248,000 nucleotides of DNA. Source: Wallemia ichthyophaga EXF-994. Taxonomy: Eukaryota > Fungi > Basidiomycota. The translations under genes were made by a program, and so were the position numbers. Numbering within the stretch: position 1 is the first letter of the stretch; each line of letters opens with the position of its first letter. A model generated the notes under the pieces. That model did no database searches, was not told the origin of the DNA, and saw only the letters and a program-made list of their open reading frames with translations. Shown here one piece after another: positions 219,401 to 231,298 of this stretch. Location: the NCBI RefSeq assembly GCF_000400465.1, contig NW_008806280.1:20001-268000 (forward strand), read 5' to 3'.

Positions 219401-222400
219401 AGCTTGATGTTCAGCTTGTTTTGTTCGACGATGTTCTTGACAATGTCTTACGTATTGATAAAGTTCTCCGACAAGTACAAGGTCATGCTTTATTGATTGG
219501 TGTCAGTGGTAGTGGCAAAACAACGCTTTCACGCTTTGTCGCTTGGATGAATGGTCTCAGTATTTTCCAAATCAAAGTTTCGAATAGCTATACAGGTGAA
219601 GATTTCGACGAAGACCTCAAAACAGTACTGCGCAGAGCAGGCACGAAAGATGAGAAAATTTGCTTCATTATGGACGAATCAAATGTTCTTGACTCAGGCT
219701 TTTTGGAGCGTATGAATACCTTGCTCGCCAATGCCGAGGTTCCAGGATTGTTTGAAGGAGATGAGCATTCTTCACTTATGACAGCTTGTAAAGAAGGGGC
219801 AGCCAGAAACGGCATGATGTTAGACTCGCACGACGAATTATACAGGTGGTTCACTAGTCAAGTCTCAAGAAACTTACATGTTGTTTTCACCATGAATCCA
219901 CCAGAAAATGGCTTGGCTTCAAGAGCTGCTACGTCCCCTGCACTTTTCAACCGCTGTGTTGTTACATGGATGGGTGATTGGGCACCTGCCTCCCTTGCAA
220001 CCGTAGCTTCCGAGCTTACTGATCCTCTTGATGTGAGTACTTCCTAATTGGTTTGCGTTTCTAACCCTTGCATAGATCGATACGCGTGTTTACAACCCGC
220101 CTGCTCCATTTCCCACTGCTCATCATACTCTTCAAGCAGATCTTACTTACAGAGGTGCCGTTGTAAACGCCTTCGTTTACGTGCACCTATCTTTACATGA
220201 GATCAGCAAGCGCTTGAGTAAACGACAAGGTCGTTATAAGTGAGTGTCTTTCACGTTTTGAGATTATTGCTCATGTGATTCAGCTATGTCACTCCTCGAC
220301 ACTACTTGGATTTTATTGACCAATACGTTAAGTTGTTCAATGAAAAGCGTAATGAACTGGAAGAGCAACAGCGTCATTTGAATGTTGGTTTAGATAAACT
220401 ACGCGATACGGTAGTTCAAGTTGATGAACTTCAAAAAAGCTTAGCCGTAAAAGACACTCAATTGAAAGCCAAAGTTGCCGAGGGAGATGAAAAATTAGCC
220501 AAAATGCTTGAAGAGCAGAAACAGGCCGAGAGCAACAAAGCTACCTCAATCCAAATTCAAAGTCAGCTTCAAGAACAGAACAAAAACATAGCGCAGAGGA
220601 AAGAGGTTGTTATGACTGATCTTGCTGATGCTGAACCAGCTGTTAAAAGTGCACAGGAGTCCGTTAGTAATATCAAGAAGCAACATCTCACAGAAGTCAG
220701 ATCTATGGGTAACCCTCCAGAAGGTGTCAAGCTCGCTATGGAATCCGTTTGCACCGTACTGGGACATAAACTTGATGGTTGGAAGACCGTTCAGGGTATC
220801 ATCAGAAGAGATGATTTTATCCATTCAATCGTTAACTTCGACACTACCAAGCAAATGTCTAAGAGCCTCAGCGATCGTATTAAAAATGAGTTCATGTCGA
220901 GACCTAAGTACAACTTCGAAGACATTAATCGTGCATCGAAAGCATGTGGACCTTTAGTTAAATGGGTTATTGCTCAAGTACACTTTGCGGAGATACTCGA
221001 CAGGGTCGGTCCACTTAGGAACGAGGTGCACTATCTCGAAGAAAAGAGTTTGCACACACAGAAGCAAGCCAGCACTATAATTGACATGATCAAAGAGCTC
221101 GAAGACAGCATAGGAAAGTACAAGGACGAGTATGCAGGCCTAATTTCGGAACAGCAAGCTATTAAGAGTGAGACTGAGCGCGTACAGAAAAAAGTCGAAA
221201 GAAGTAAAACATTGTTGAGTTCACTTTCAGCCGAGCAAGATCGTTGGGAGACAAGCTCAAAGACATTCGAGTCTCAAATGAGTACGATTGTTGGAGACGT
221301 ACTTCTATCAGCTGCTTTCCTCGCATATGCTGGCTTCTTTGACCAACAGTACAGAGAAGCAATGTGGAATGGCTGGGTTACATATATGAATGATGCTGGT
221401 ATTAAATTCAAACAGGAGCTCTCGTTCGCCGACTATCTCTCGACTGCCGATGACAGACTTAGCTGGCAATCTAAATCTCTTCCAGCAGATACTCTCTGTA
221501 CAGAGAATGCCATCATGATGAGTCGTTTTAACAGGTTCCCACTCATCATTGATCCATCTGGTCAAGCATCTAATTTCCTTATCAACGAGTATAAAGGTTC
221601 GAACAGAAAATTGAGTGTGACCAGCTTTTCGGACAACTCATTCCTAAAGCAGCTGGAATCAGCAATGAGATTCGGTAATCCAATACTCGTTCAGGATGTA
221701 GAGTTTTTGGATCCGATCATTAACCCAATATTAAACAAGGAGATTCGAAGAAGTGGTGGTCGTGTACTTATTCGTGTTGGTAATCAAGACATCGACTACT
221801 CGCCTGCCTTCAACATGTTCCTAATGACACGTGATCCAAGTGTCGAATTCAGTCCAGATGTTTGCAGTAGAGTAACGTTCGTAAACTTTACCATGACGAG
221901 AAGCTCTCTCCAATCTCAATCTCTAGACCAAGTGCTCAAATCAGAAAGACCAGACGTAGATGCAAAGAGAACAAATCTTCTCAAACTACAGGGCGAGTTC
222001 AGACTGCGGTTGCACTTCTTGGAAAAAGGTCTGCTACAGGCGCTGAATGAGTCAACTGGTAACATTCTTGATGATGACAAAGTCATTGAAACTCTCGAAA
222101 CACTGAAGAAAGAGGCTGCTGATGTTACGGTTCAAGTTGAGGATACTGATACAACTATGGCGGAGGTAGATCATGTGACTTCTGAGTACCAGCCGCTTGC
222201 ATCTGCTTGCTCATCTGTGTTCTTTGTTATGGATCAATTGAATCTCATCAACCACTTTTATCAATTTTCTTTGAGGTTCTTTTCAGATATTTTTGATTTC
222301 ATCATACGTCAAAATCCTCATTTGAGCGGAATTACAGACCATAAAGAGAGACTAGACGTCCTCACTAATGACCTCTTTCTGGTCACATTTCAACGCACCT

Positions 222401-224816
222401 CTAGATCGTTGTTACACGTTGACCATGCTATGTTAGCAGTCTTACTTGCTCAAGTTAAGTTAAGAACTTTAGCCGGAGCCTACGATGAGGATGAGTTCGA
222501 TTTTCTTATTGAAGGTGGCGACTCTTTAGCTGGCAAGACTTCGGCCGCAAATGAGTTCGAGAGCGTCTTCAATGATGAGCAGGCTGCGAAAATAGAGTTA
222601 CTTACTACTCGCATACCATCATTAACTGACTTGAAGGCCGATATCAGGAACAATTTGAAAGAATGGGAGAGTTTCCTTGAAGCCAATCAACCCGAACTTA
222701 AGACACCTCTCGTTCATAGTGAAGGTTTGCCAGGTAGGTCAGCAGTCTGCTCAAAGATGATCATTGACAATAATTGACAGCACCAATTCGTGAAGTGAGG
222801 GATCTGCTCATTATAAAGTGTCTCCGTCCAGACAGAATTATACAAGCAACGTCACTCTTTGTCAATAGTGTCTTCCACTCCGACTTAGCTAACTTGGCAT
222901 CGTACAACTTCCAGAATCTGGTCCAAAAAGAGGTTGGACCCCAAACTCCGGTTGCACTATGCTCCGTACCCGGTTATGATGCATCTTATCGAGTGGATAA
223001 CCTTGTCAGCGGTTTGGGTATCAAGTGTACATCAGTAGCGATGGGTTCGCCAGAGGGTTTTAAGCAGGCAGAGCAAGCAATATCTCAATCGTCTAGAGCT
223101 GGTCACTGGGTGTTGCTAAAAAATGTACATTTAGCTCCTGGATGGCTCACTCAAGTCGAGAAAAAACTCCAAACGCTCAACCCTACGCCAAACTTTAGGC
223201 TTTTCTTGACTATGGAGACAAACCCACTGGTACCTATCAATATACTCCGTCAGTCGAGGATTGTTATGAATGAACCCCCTCCCGGTATTAGAGCAAACAT
223301 CTTAGAGACACTGAGAAATATACCATCTCTGAGTATACAGAACGGACCAGTTGAAAAGATGAGACTGTACTTTTTACTAGCATGGTTCCATGCAGTGATT
223401 CAGGAGCGACTAAGATACTGTCCTCTTGGTTGGAGTAAATTGTATGAGTTCAATGACTCAGACCAGGCTAGTGCTCTGAAAATGATAGACACTTGGACCA
223501 ACAGAGTGGCCAAAGGAAGGTCAAACGTAGATCCTAACACCTTCCCGTGGGAGGCGATCAGAACTTTGTTAAAAGAATCTGTCTATGGTGGGAGAATTGA
223601 TAGAGAATTTGATCAGGAGCTACTCAACACGTTTGTTGACAAGATATTCACGCCTGAAGCATATGAGCTTGATTTCCAACTTGCACCAGCGGTAGACGGT
223701 CAACCCGATTTAGTTATACCTGAAGGAACTAAATTGGAACAATTTATAAGGTGGGCTGAAAGATTGCCAGAAAGAGAGCCAATCACCTGGCTCAACTTGC
223801 CAATCACAGCTGAGAAAGTAATTGCTATTGCTCATGGCACTGCTCTATTTGGGAAGTTACGTAAGATGAAGAGTTTGTCCGATGATGATGAAACTGTTAT
223901 TGTTAGTACAAGTGAAGAGAGTACTCAACAGCCCGTCTGGATGCGTAATTTGATGACTAAGTGCCAAGAGTGGTTGGGTTTGTTGCCAAGTGTGAGTACT
224001 TGTCAATTAATTTTGGAAATGCTAACAAGAGCTCAGGAAATCGCACAATTTGATTCTGACGCTTCACGAGCACAAGACCCAATTTTCAGATTCTTTAAGA
224101 GGGAGTCAGATCTCGGTAGAAAGCTTTACAGTGCTGTTAGAGGCGATCTTGAAGACTTGACTGGTGTTTGTAAAGGTGAACTCAAGCAGACTAATCACCT
224201 TCGCACTCTTATGAGTGACCTGACTAAGGGTGAGTTTTATTGATGGTGATTTTGTCATTAGCTAATCACCAAACTAGGCACTGTGCCAAGTAATTGGAAA
224301 GCCTATAAAGTTCCTAGCAGTTGGACTATTACACAATGGCTGCCTGATTTCGCGTTACGTTTACAGCAAATTCAAAGGTTATCCAACGAGCAAAACTCAC
224401 TTTCACAATCAACGATTTGGTTCGGTGGTCTTTTCTTCCCAGGCTCATTCCTTACCGCGACACGTCAAGACAGTGCGCACAGAACGCGAGTCTCTTTAGA
224501 AGAGCTGCATTTAGAGCTGTATATCAATGACACAAACAAGGGCGGATTTGCAGTTGAAGGACTATACCTTGAGGGTGCTGTTTACGTGGATGATAAACTT
224601 TGCGCGACTAATATTGATCCTGTGAGATTGCGTACGTGCAAGCTGAAGTGGACAGCAATACAGAATCAAGTGCTACAAAATCCCGTTACCATACCTGTAT
224701 ACCTCAACCACAAAGACAGAGAGGTGGTGTTGTTCAGTGTAAAACTGAGCGCTGAAGATACTTTGTCTCAAGCAAAAGCTACTCAACGGTCGATATGTTT
224801 GACAGCAAGTGTGTAG
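216483..224816 (+). CDS. Cytoplasmic dynein heavy chain, C-terminal gene of a split pair (Dyn2/Dhc2-type)
   Basis: Starts inside AAA1 (VELLG..GVF|VTSNP|GYAGRSNLP); has AAA2-6, stalk and C-terminus; no tail. Confidence 0.92.
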
Positions 224817-226189
224817 AGTGTTGGGCTCAGTTGTTTGCTAGGTATGAAAGCGATAGAAGAGGAAGTCATGCAACCGAATGTTTTTATTTAAACTAGTTTG
224901 ATTCAATTCTGATACATCATATTTATACGCACTAGAAATAATTATGCTCGTGTTTTAACAGAAACGTATCTTGCAGATTTCAACAGCAAAGCGCGATAGT
225001 ATCTGAACGCACCCAAGATCAAACTTAAAAAACATGATCATATTTTGGTAACGCCTTTCTCATCTAAAAAATACTCAATAACCTACAAAGCAACCAGATG
225101 AGTGAAGACTCGAACTTGCTTTAAGCGTCTCGTGCTTATTAAATTGTAGCGCTATTAATCATCAATCTGGATTCCCCCTGGCTTGCATCAATGATGTCAC
225201 CGGTGTCGTATATCAGTGCGGTTTCGTGGAGATTCGGGCCATGCTAATACTGAATAAGAGCCCAACCTTTCAAATAGTCACTTTGCTTGAATAGACATTT
225301 CTTCCCATGCGCGTTTGTTGAATGGGCTGTAATTTTAAGGTGAGTAAGAAAAAAGACTTGAGCGGCTTCAAGACGGTTAAAGACGGTTTGAAGCGTAATA
225401 GTGTAACTGATTTCATCTGAATAAACACATTTAAAGTCCATATGCTTCATAACTTCTCATTAATCTCACTTTACAGTATTACAATTGATCGTCGCAGAGC
225501 AGCAATAGCTCAAATACGGTCAATTACTCGCAAACTCAAAACGGGACAACTACTAAGTCATATATATGCATAAATTACTCGAGAAAGCTAGTTGTTCCCC
225601 TAAATATCAGAACATCGCAAAGTAAAGCATGTCATCTCCGAATCGAGAATGGCCTGCTCAATGACGTGTTGGTGATAGCACTGTGAGTAATGGAAGCTTG
225701 ATAAAGTTTGTTAGAATTCTGGAGCTATCAATTTTGCGATCAATTCGAGATTGAGTTTATCGTACATATCATACCGATGTCTTTTATACTAATCCAGCTA
225801 GATATGGCATGTTTCAGGGAGGATAACCTGGTCTAAAAATTATGAATTATACTCTTATGCCTTCTGCAATTCCAACGCAGCCTTAATCGCCTTCACATTT
225901 CCATGATTTAAAATCTTGAAATCCACCTGGTGAAGCTAAAAGTCGTGATTTCAGAGTTGGGCTGACCCTCCCTTTTTTCTTTTAATAAATTCCGTATAAT
226001 TGGCTTGCAATGATCCGAGATGATATTGAAATTACTTTTCCCCCGAAGCCAGCATTAAGCTCGGTGGAAGCTAATCTTTGTAAAAGTAAATCGCGCTCAT
226101 AGAGCCGAATAATTCAAATTTTTGGATGCTTGAGGTCTCAAAACGCCAGTTTAACTTGTATTTATCGATGAAGCACGTATAATCTTCCA

Positions 226190-226560
226190 TGTATATCCTA
226201 CAGCGTGCTCCAGAGCGATGTCGGATTACAACTTCCGAACAGCCTAAAGGGCACAATTGAAGGCTCAGGGATATAATTCTGCAAATTCTTGTTAAGCTCA
226301 ACCAGCGCTATTCATGAAGCTTTTTTATTCGGAGATCATCAAAACTCGTAAATCAGCCATCTGAGATAAGATAGGGGTCGAGAAATGCAACTCGGTGGAT
226401 GTTGAGCGTAGGGCTGATACGGGAATAAATCTAGCATGCTGAATATAATAGAACAAAATCTTGGTATCGCTAAGTTGCTCAAATTGTCAGTGTACGGTTT
226501 CTCTGTGTTCTTTTTCCCATTTACTTGGTCATTTGCATGGTGCCTCGAGCATACTTAATT
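226190..226560 (+). repeat. Dispersed decayed repeat, copy C
   Basis: TTTTATTCGGAGATCATCAAAAC, GGATGTTGAGCGTAGGG, TTACTTGGTCATTTGCATGG shared with other copies. Confidence 0.7.
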
Positions 226561-227481
226561 TGCGAGAGTTCCTAGTAATGTTTATAGTTTCCAAACATAT
226601 CATATTGCACCTTCAAATTCTTCTGCCGTCCCAAAAACTCCTCCAGACTTTGTCATTGATTGTCGCAGATTGTATTGATGTGGGTCGCGGCAGAGTATAT
226701 ATCTATCAAAATATGTGCAAGTATTTAAATGTTTATAATATCAAACGATAAGTTTTCAATGCTATTAATTCTGTGATTGAGTGGAGAGCACAAACAAGAA
226801 GACCTGTTATAGGCAAAGTGAATCATTACCTAAAGCGGCGAAACAGGTAAGATATGATTCCAATCAAGACTTGTGAATCTCGACCGGGCTCTTTTCCAGG
226901 TTTTACATTTGGATATAATCGAAAGTCATGAATGCACGACCTGAGATGACATCTGTGGCTTGAGGGAGAAATCAAGTCATTAGAACTTAAGGAGATGGGA
227001 GTATATTTGGAATACTGAAAATACTAAGAGACCGTTGGTTTTAAGAATGCGACTTAAACGTGCTCACTTCTCACTTGTAGTTCATTTGTGGGGTGATCTG
227101 AGCATTTATAAATTACTGGAGCGACAGCTATAACCTATTGTATTAATGTCATTACACCTCCAAGCCCTTCTGCCAACTCATAAGTAAACCTGAATCGCAG
227201 GTTGGGCTTTGAAGGTCGTAACCGGAGAAACACCTGCCAGAATATATTTGAGAATTCAGTGTATCAGAATTGTATGTCAAGCTGCTCTACGTATTCATCT
227301 TGCTGGTAATTTGTGGCAGAGCAGAACGAAGAAGACAGCTCAAGGCAGGAACCGATGAAAAAGACAGCAAATTAGGGTAAAATTAATAGCGTCTGCTTGC
227401 AGAATCGCTTTCTGTTTGTCTTAATTTTCCAAGTGCGAGTCTGATAATCTCAATCCACCCATTCCACCCATTCCACCATCA

Positions 227482-229890
227482 ATGGACGTTTTCAAAAGGT
227501 TTCAACAGCGGATCCACGAGAATATTGCTGAGTCTACGAGGTGATTATATAGCAAGTCAAAGCGCATCAAAGCTCATTACCAACAGAGATTTCGATTTCG
227601 GCTCAACCGTTCGCATAGCAGATGCACCCAACGATAAGCTCTCAGACATAATCCCAAAGCTTTCATCAAAAGAAGAGCACGAAATCAAGCATGCTTTGAA
227701 GCGTGTCTTGGTCCTTTTATCTCACAATAGGGATTTGTCTTCCTTGTTTCCGTCAATTGTCAAGCTGGTATCTTCAAGGGATCTGCACATAAAGATATTG
227801 GCGTACGTTTATCTGACGAGATATGCCCGACTATGTCCAGATCTTGCGATGCTCAGTGTTAATTCATTCCAAAAAGACTCAAGTCATCAGTCACCCCTAG
227901 TGAGAGCTCAGTCGATAAGAGTTTTATCGAGTATAAGCTCCGAGGAAGTTGCGCCTATTTGCATGCTATGTGTCAAGCGTGCTGCAACTGATTCCAATCC
228001 TTACGTCCGCAAAGCAGCTGCGCTGGCAATAGCCAAGTGTTACGAGTAAGGATCTTCACAAGATGTATCTTTGAAATACTCATAAATCACAGACTGGATG
228101 ACTCTTCATACGATGAGCAGAAAGAATTGTCTTTGAAGCTGATGAGATGTGCATCGTCGATCCCGATCGGTGCCGCTGCTTACGCTTTTATCAAAATACA
228201 CCCCGATATTGATGATCTCAACGATAACTTATCGGCATTACATTCATTGTTTAGGCACTTGGTCAGACAGCTAGTGGACTGCGAAGAATGGTCTCAATTA
228301 ATCGTTTTGGATTTGCTGGCCAGATACAGCAGAGTGTTTTTGCCTCGACCATTAGAGGAGGATTCTGTAGACAAAGATATGAAGGATCTACTCATGGGAT
228401 GTGAGTATCTCTTAAGCAGTCCTAATCCAGCCGTGAGTGACATTAACGCTATCTTCCCTTACTGACATGATCCAGGTCGCAGCCACTGCTTCCAAAACAC
228501 TTCTTACGCTTGGATCTACCACCTACCGAAGCAAGGCTCTCAAGTGCTTGATGCGCTTGAGGAAGGAATCGCCTGAAATGTCGGCATACGTCATGTTAAC
228601 TTTACAGCTGATATCAGAGAAACAACCGGTGCGTATTGAGAGATATCTGAACATACCTAACAAACTTCAGGAATCGGTCACTCCGTTTTTTCAATCTCTT
228701 TTCATCGTTAAAAGTGACACAGATTATACCAAGATAATCAAACTAAACATACTACAAAATTTAATGAAAGTCTTGGATGACTCTCAGCTCACAATGCTAG
228801 CGAAGGAGCTCTCAGTAAGTTAAATCCTGTTTTTTTTTCACCTAACCCCTGTTAGAATCATACCCTTGATCCTGATACAAAATTTGCAGCTGAGGTGATT
228901 GAGACGATCGGCAGCTTGTCATGTGCATCAAAAAGAGCGTCAGAAGTTGCCTTCAAGACGCTCACAGATTGTTCAACTGCAACAAACAAGTTACTAAGTC
229001 ATCAATCCATCATACAATTGAGTAATTTTGTCCCTGATCTCTTGCAAGGATCATGGAATCTACGTAGACTATTAAAGCGGATGTTCAATGGAAGAGTAGT
229101 AGACGATGATGCCCGTGCGACTTTAGTTTGGGTTGTCAGTGAAGTAGTACAGAAGCCGCCCCAAAATGAACTGAACGAGCTGGATGGTATGTCAGTCTGG
229201 AAGTATGGTCCTGATGTACTGCGTAGCTGCGTAAAGGGATTCTCCGAAGAAGGCAGCAAGACACAGACCCAAATTCTCAATCTAGCGGCCAAAATGATGG
229301 CGATCTTACCTGATATAAGAAGTGTACAGGCAATGGCCCGCAAAGTTTTCATAGATTCGGCTGATTTTGACCATGTAAAGTCCATGGACATCGAATCACT
229401 TGATGGACTTAATAGGAGACATTCGATTATGAATACGGTGGCGGGATTGTATGGAGAAGTGCCTGAGCAAGGCGATCAAGCACCTAGAGTACTTTTACGT
229501 CGCAACCAAGCTAATGCTATACTCACAAATATGGCCACAAACTCGAGTGTGATGCACAAAATGACAAGTTCCATCAAAAACAACAACATGGTGCGGATTC
229601 AGACAGATACTTACTTGAATAGCCTACCAGAATGGTCAACTGAAGGTTTGCCTGGTCCTGAAGTGAGAGAAGTAAAGCAGAGTGAGGCTAATCAAGCCGA
229701 TGAGGCTTTAACGATGCCGGTAATGAGTAATGAGATTGCAGCGTACAATGCAGAGGTAGAAACCATACTCGCACAAAATGCGGATTACGAAGATGATGAA
229801 CCTGTAGATACCACAGATAAAGCGGCAGATGACGACCTAGAGAGGTTTTTGGAGAGTGATGGAAATCTCACGAGCGATGTAGATGATTAA
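227482..229890 (+). CDS. APL6: AP-3 adaptor beta subunit
   Basis: LSVNSFQKD; D.NPYVRKAAALA; EWSQL. Confidence 0.88.
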
Positions 229891-229937
229891 TTGGTAAACT
229901 TGTATACAATAAATAGTTTAAAACGAGTAAAGATGAG

Positions 229938-230589
229938 TTAGAGTCTTTTTAATCCTTTCTTCTTTGCGTTTGCCTCCTTGGACTTCAAAGGTTGCTTTGC
230001 AGGTTGGTTTTCTTGTTTGGTTGAAGGCTCGATCGGAGCATTTGAGAGGGGCTGATTCTCGATTTGGGAAGGAGAAGAGTCGAACTCGATAGGGCGGCTT
230101 CTTGCGTGAATAGAAGTCATCATTTTCGCGTGATTGAAGTAGTCTTGATAACTCTCCTGAAGTAACTTTCCCGCTTCTTCATCGAGAGCAGAATCAGGGC
230201 CTGGGTAGATCAAGAGACACTTGATTGTAACAAGGATGTGCTCTATACCGAATTCAGGTCTCCAGTCCTTCTTGAGGGTGGAAACGCAGATCTCACCGGT
230301 CTTGCTGATATTTGGGTGGAATATCTTGGTTAGCATCCTGCCTAGATAACTGTAAGCGTGGGTTTACATAATCAATTATCCGCGTACAATTTGGTGGACT
230401 GTTTGGGAAGTCAGCACCAAAGTTGAACTTGACTTTGAAGAAGCCGTCCTCGTATGGGGTGCCTTCCGGTCCTTGGACGTAGCCGACAACATCAAACACG
230501 TCCGAATCGCTGAAGGATATCCTGATATTGTCTGGTGGGTTTTGTTTGAGCTGTATACATTCCTTTGCGATCCGACGTGCGATGGACAT
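229938..230589 (-). CDS. Ubiquitin-conjugating enzyme E2 S
   Basis: [10 protein letters not shown]; [13 protein letters not shown]; KKGLKRL. Confidence 0.92.
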
Positions 230590-230629
230590 ATTGTTATGAA
230601 TTAAAGATACAAACCGCGTTAGGAAATGC

Positions 230630-231292
230630 TCAAAAATAATAATTAAAATCTCCCATGTATATTGTAATGGCTTTGAATTTACCAGACATCCAGTTTTCCT
230701 CTACTTCGACTGCGTCGTCCAGCTGGCTGATGTCTTGTAGCGTTGTGTTTCTCGGCAGAAACATACAGACATTCGGTGTGATTGCCTTGGCTCTGCGAAC
230801 GAGCTCCGCGCCGGTCACAGGCATTAGGCTATCCAGCGTGAAGGTATCCATGTAGTTTATCCCACCCCAGGGCGGCGAGTAGAAGATAACGTCAATATTG
230901 TAATCAAACTTGTACTCGTTAACCCAACTAATATAATCTTGCTGTATAAACTCTATCCTGTCTTCAACGCCGTAGATTCTCGCGTTATGCCTCGCCAATT
231001 CAATTTTAACCGGATCAATGTCTATAGCTATCACCCGCTCGCAGGTGAAGGCAAAGGAGATGGCATTACCGCCAACTCCGCAGAAAGCGTCAACGATCGT
231101 TCCGCATCGGCATCGTTCAGCCGTTTGCATCGCGATTAGCTCTGGTGTGACCGAGTACCACGACTCTTCATCGAGAATGATGCCCTGGTCATATTGGCTA
231201 AATAGCCTGTTCCTTTGGTAATAATATTTAAGCAGATGCTCGGGCACCTGCGACTTGTCCGTGTAAATAAGCTCTTTGTACTTGTCTTCCAT
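230630..231292 (-). CDS. TGS1: Trimethylguanosine synthase
   Basis: SWYSVTPE; DAFCGVGGN; SPPWGG. Confidence 0.93.
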   Translation of the reverse strand: MEDKYKELIYTDKSQVPEHLLKYYYQRNRLFSQYDQGIILDEESWYSVTPELIAMQTAERCRCGTIVDAFCGVGGNAISFAFTCERVIAIDIDPVKIELARHNARIYGVEDRIEFIQQDYISWVNEYKFDYNIDVIFYSPPWGGINYMDTFTLDSLMPVTGAELVRRAKAITPNVCMFLPRNTTLQDISQLDDAVEVEENWMSGKFKAITIYMGDFNYYF

Positions 231293-231298
231293 CGGGCG

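Noticed and set aside
216483-224816. Dynein as a 5'-truncated pseudogene
   Set aside because: About 8 kb of intact frame with normal introns; split dynein is established in basidiomycetes.
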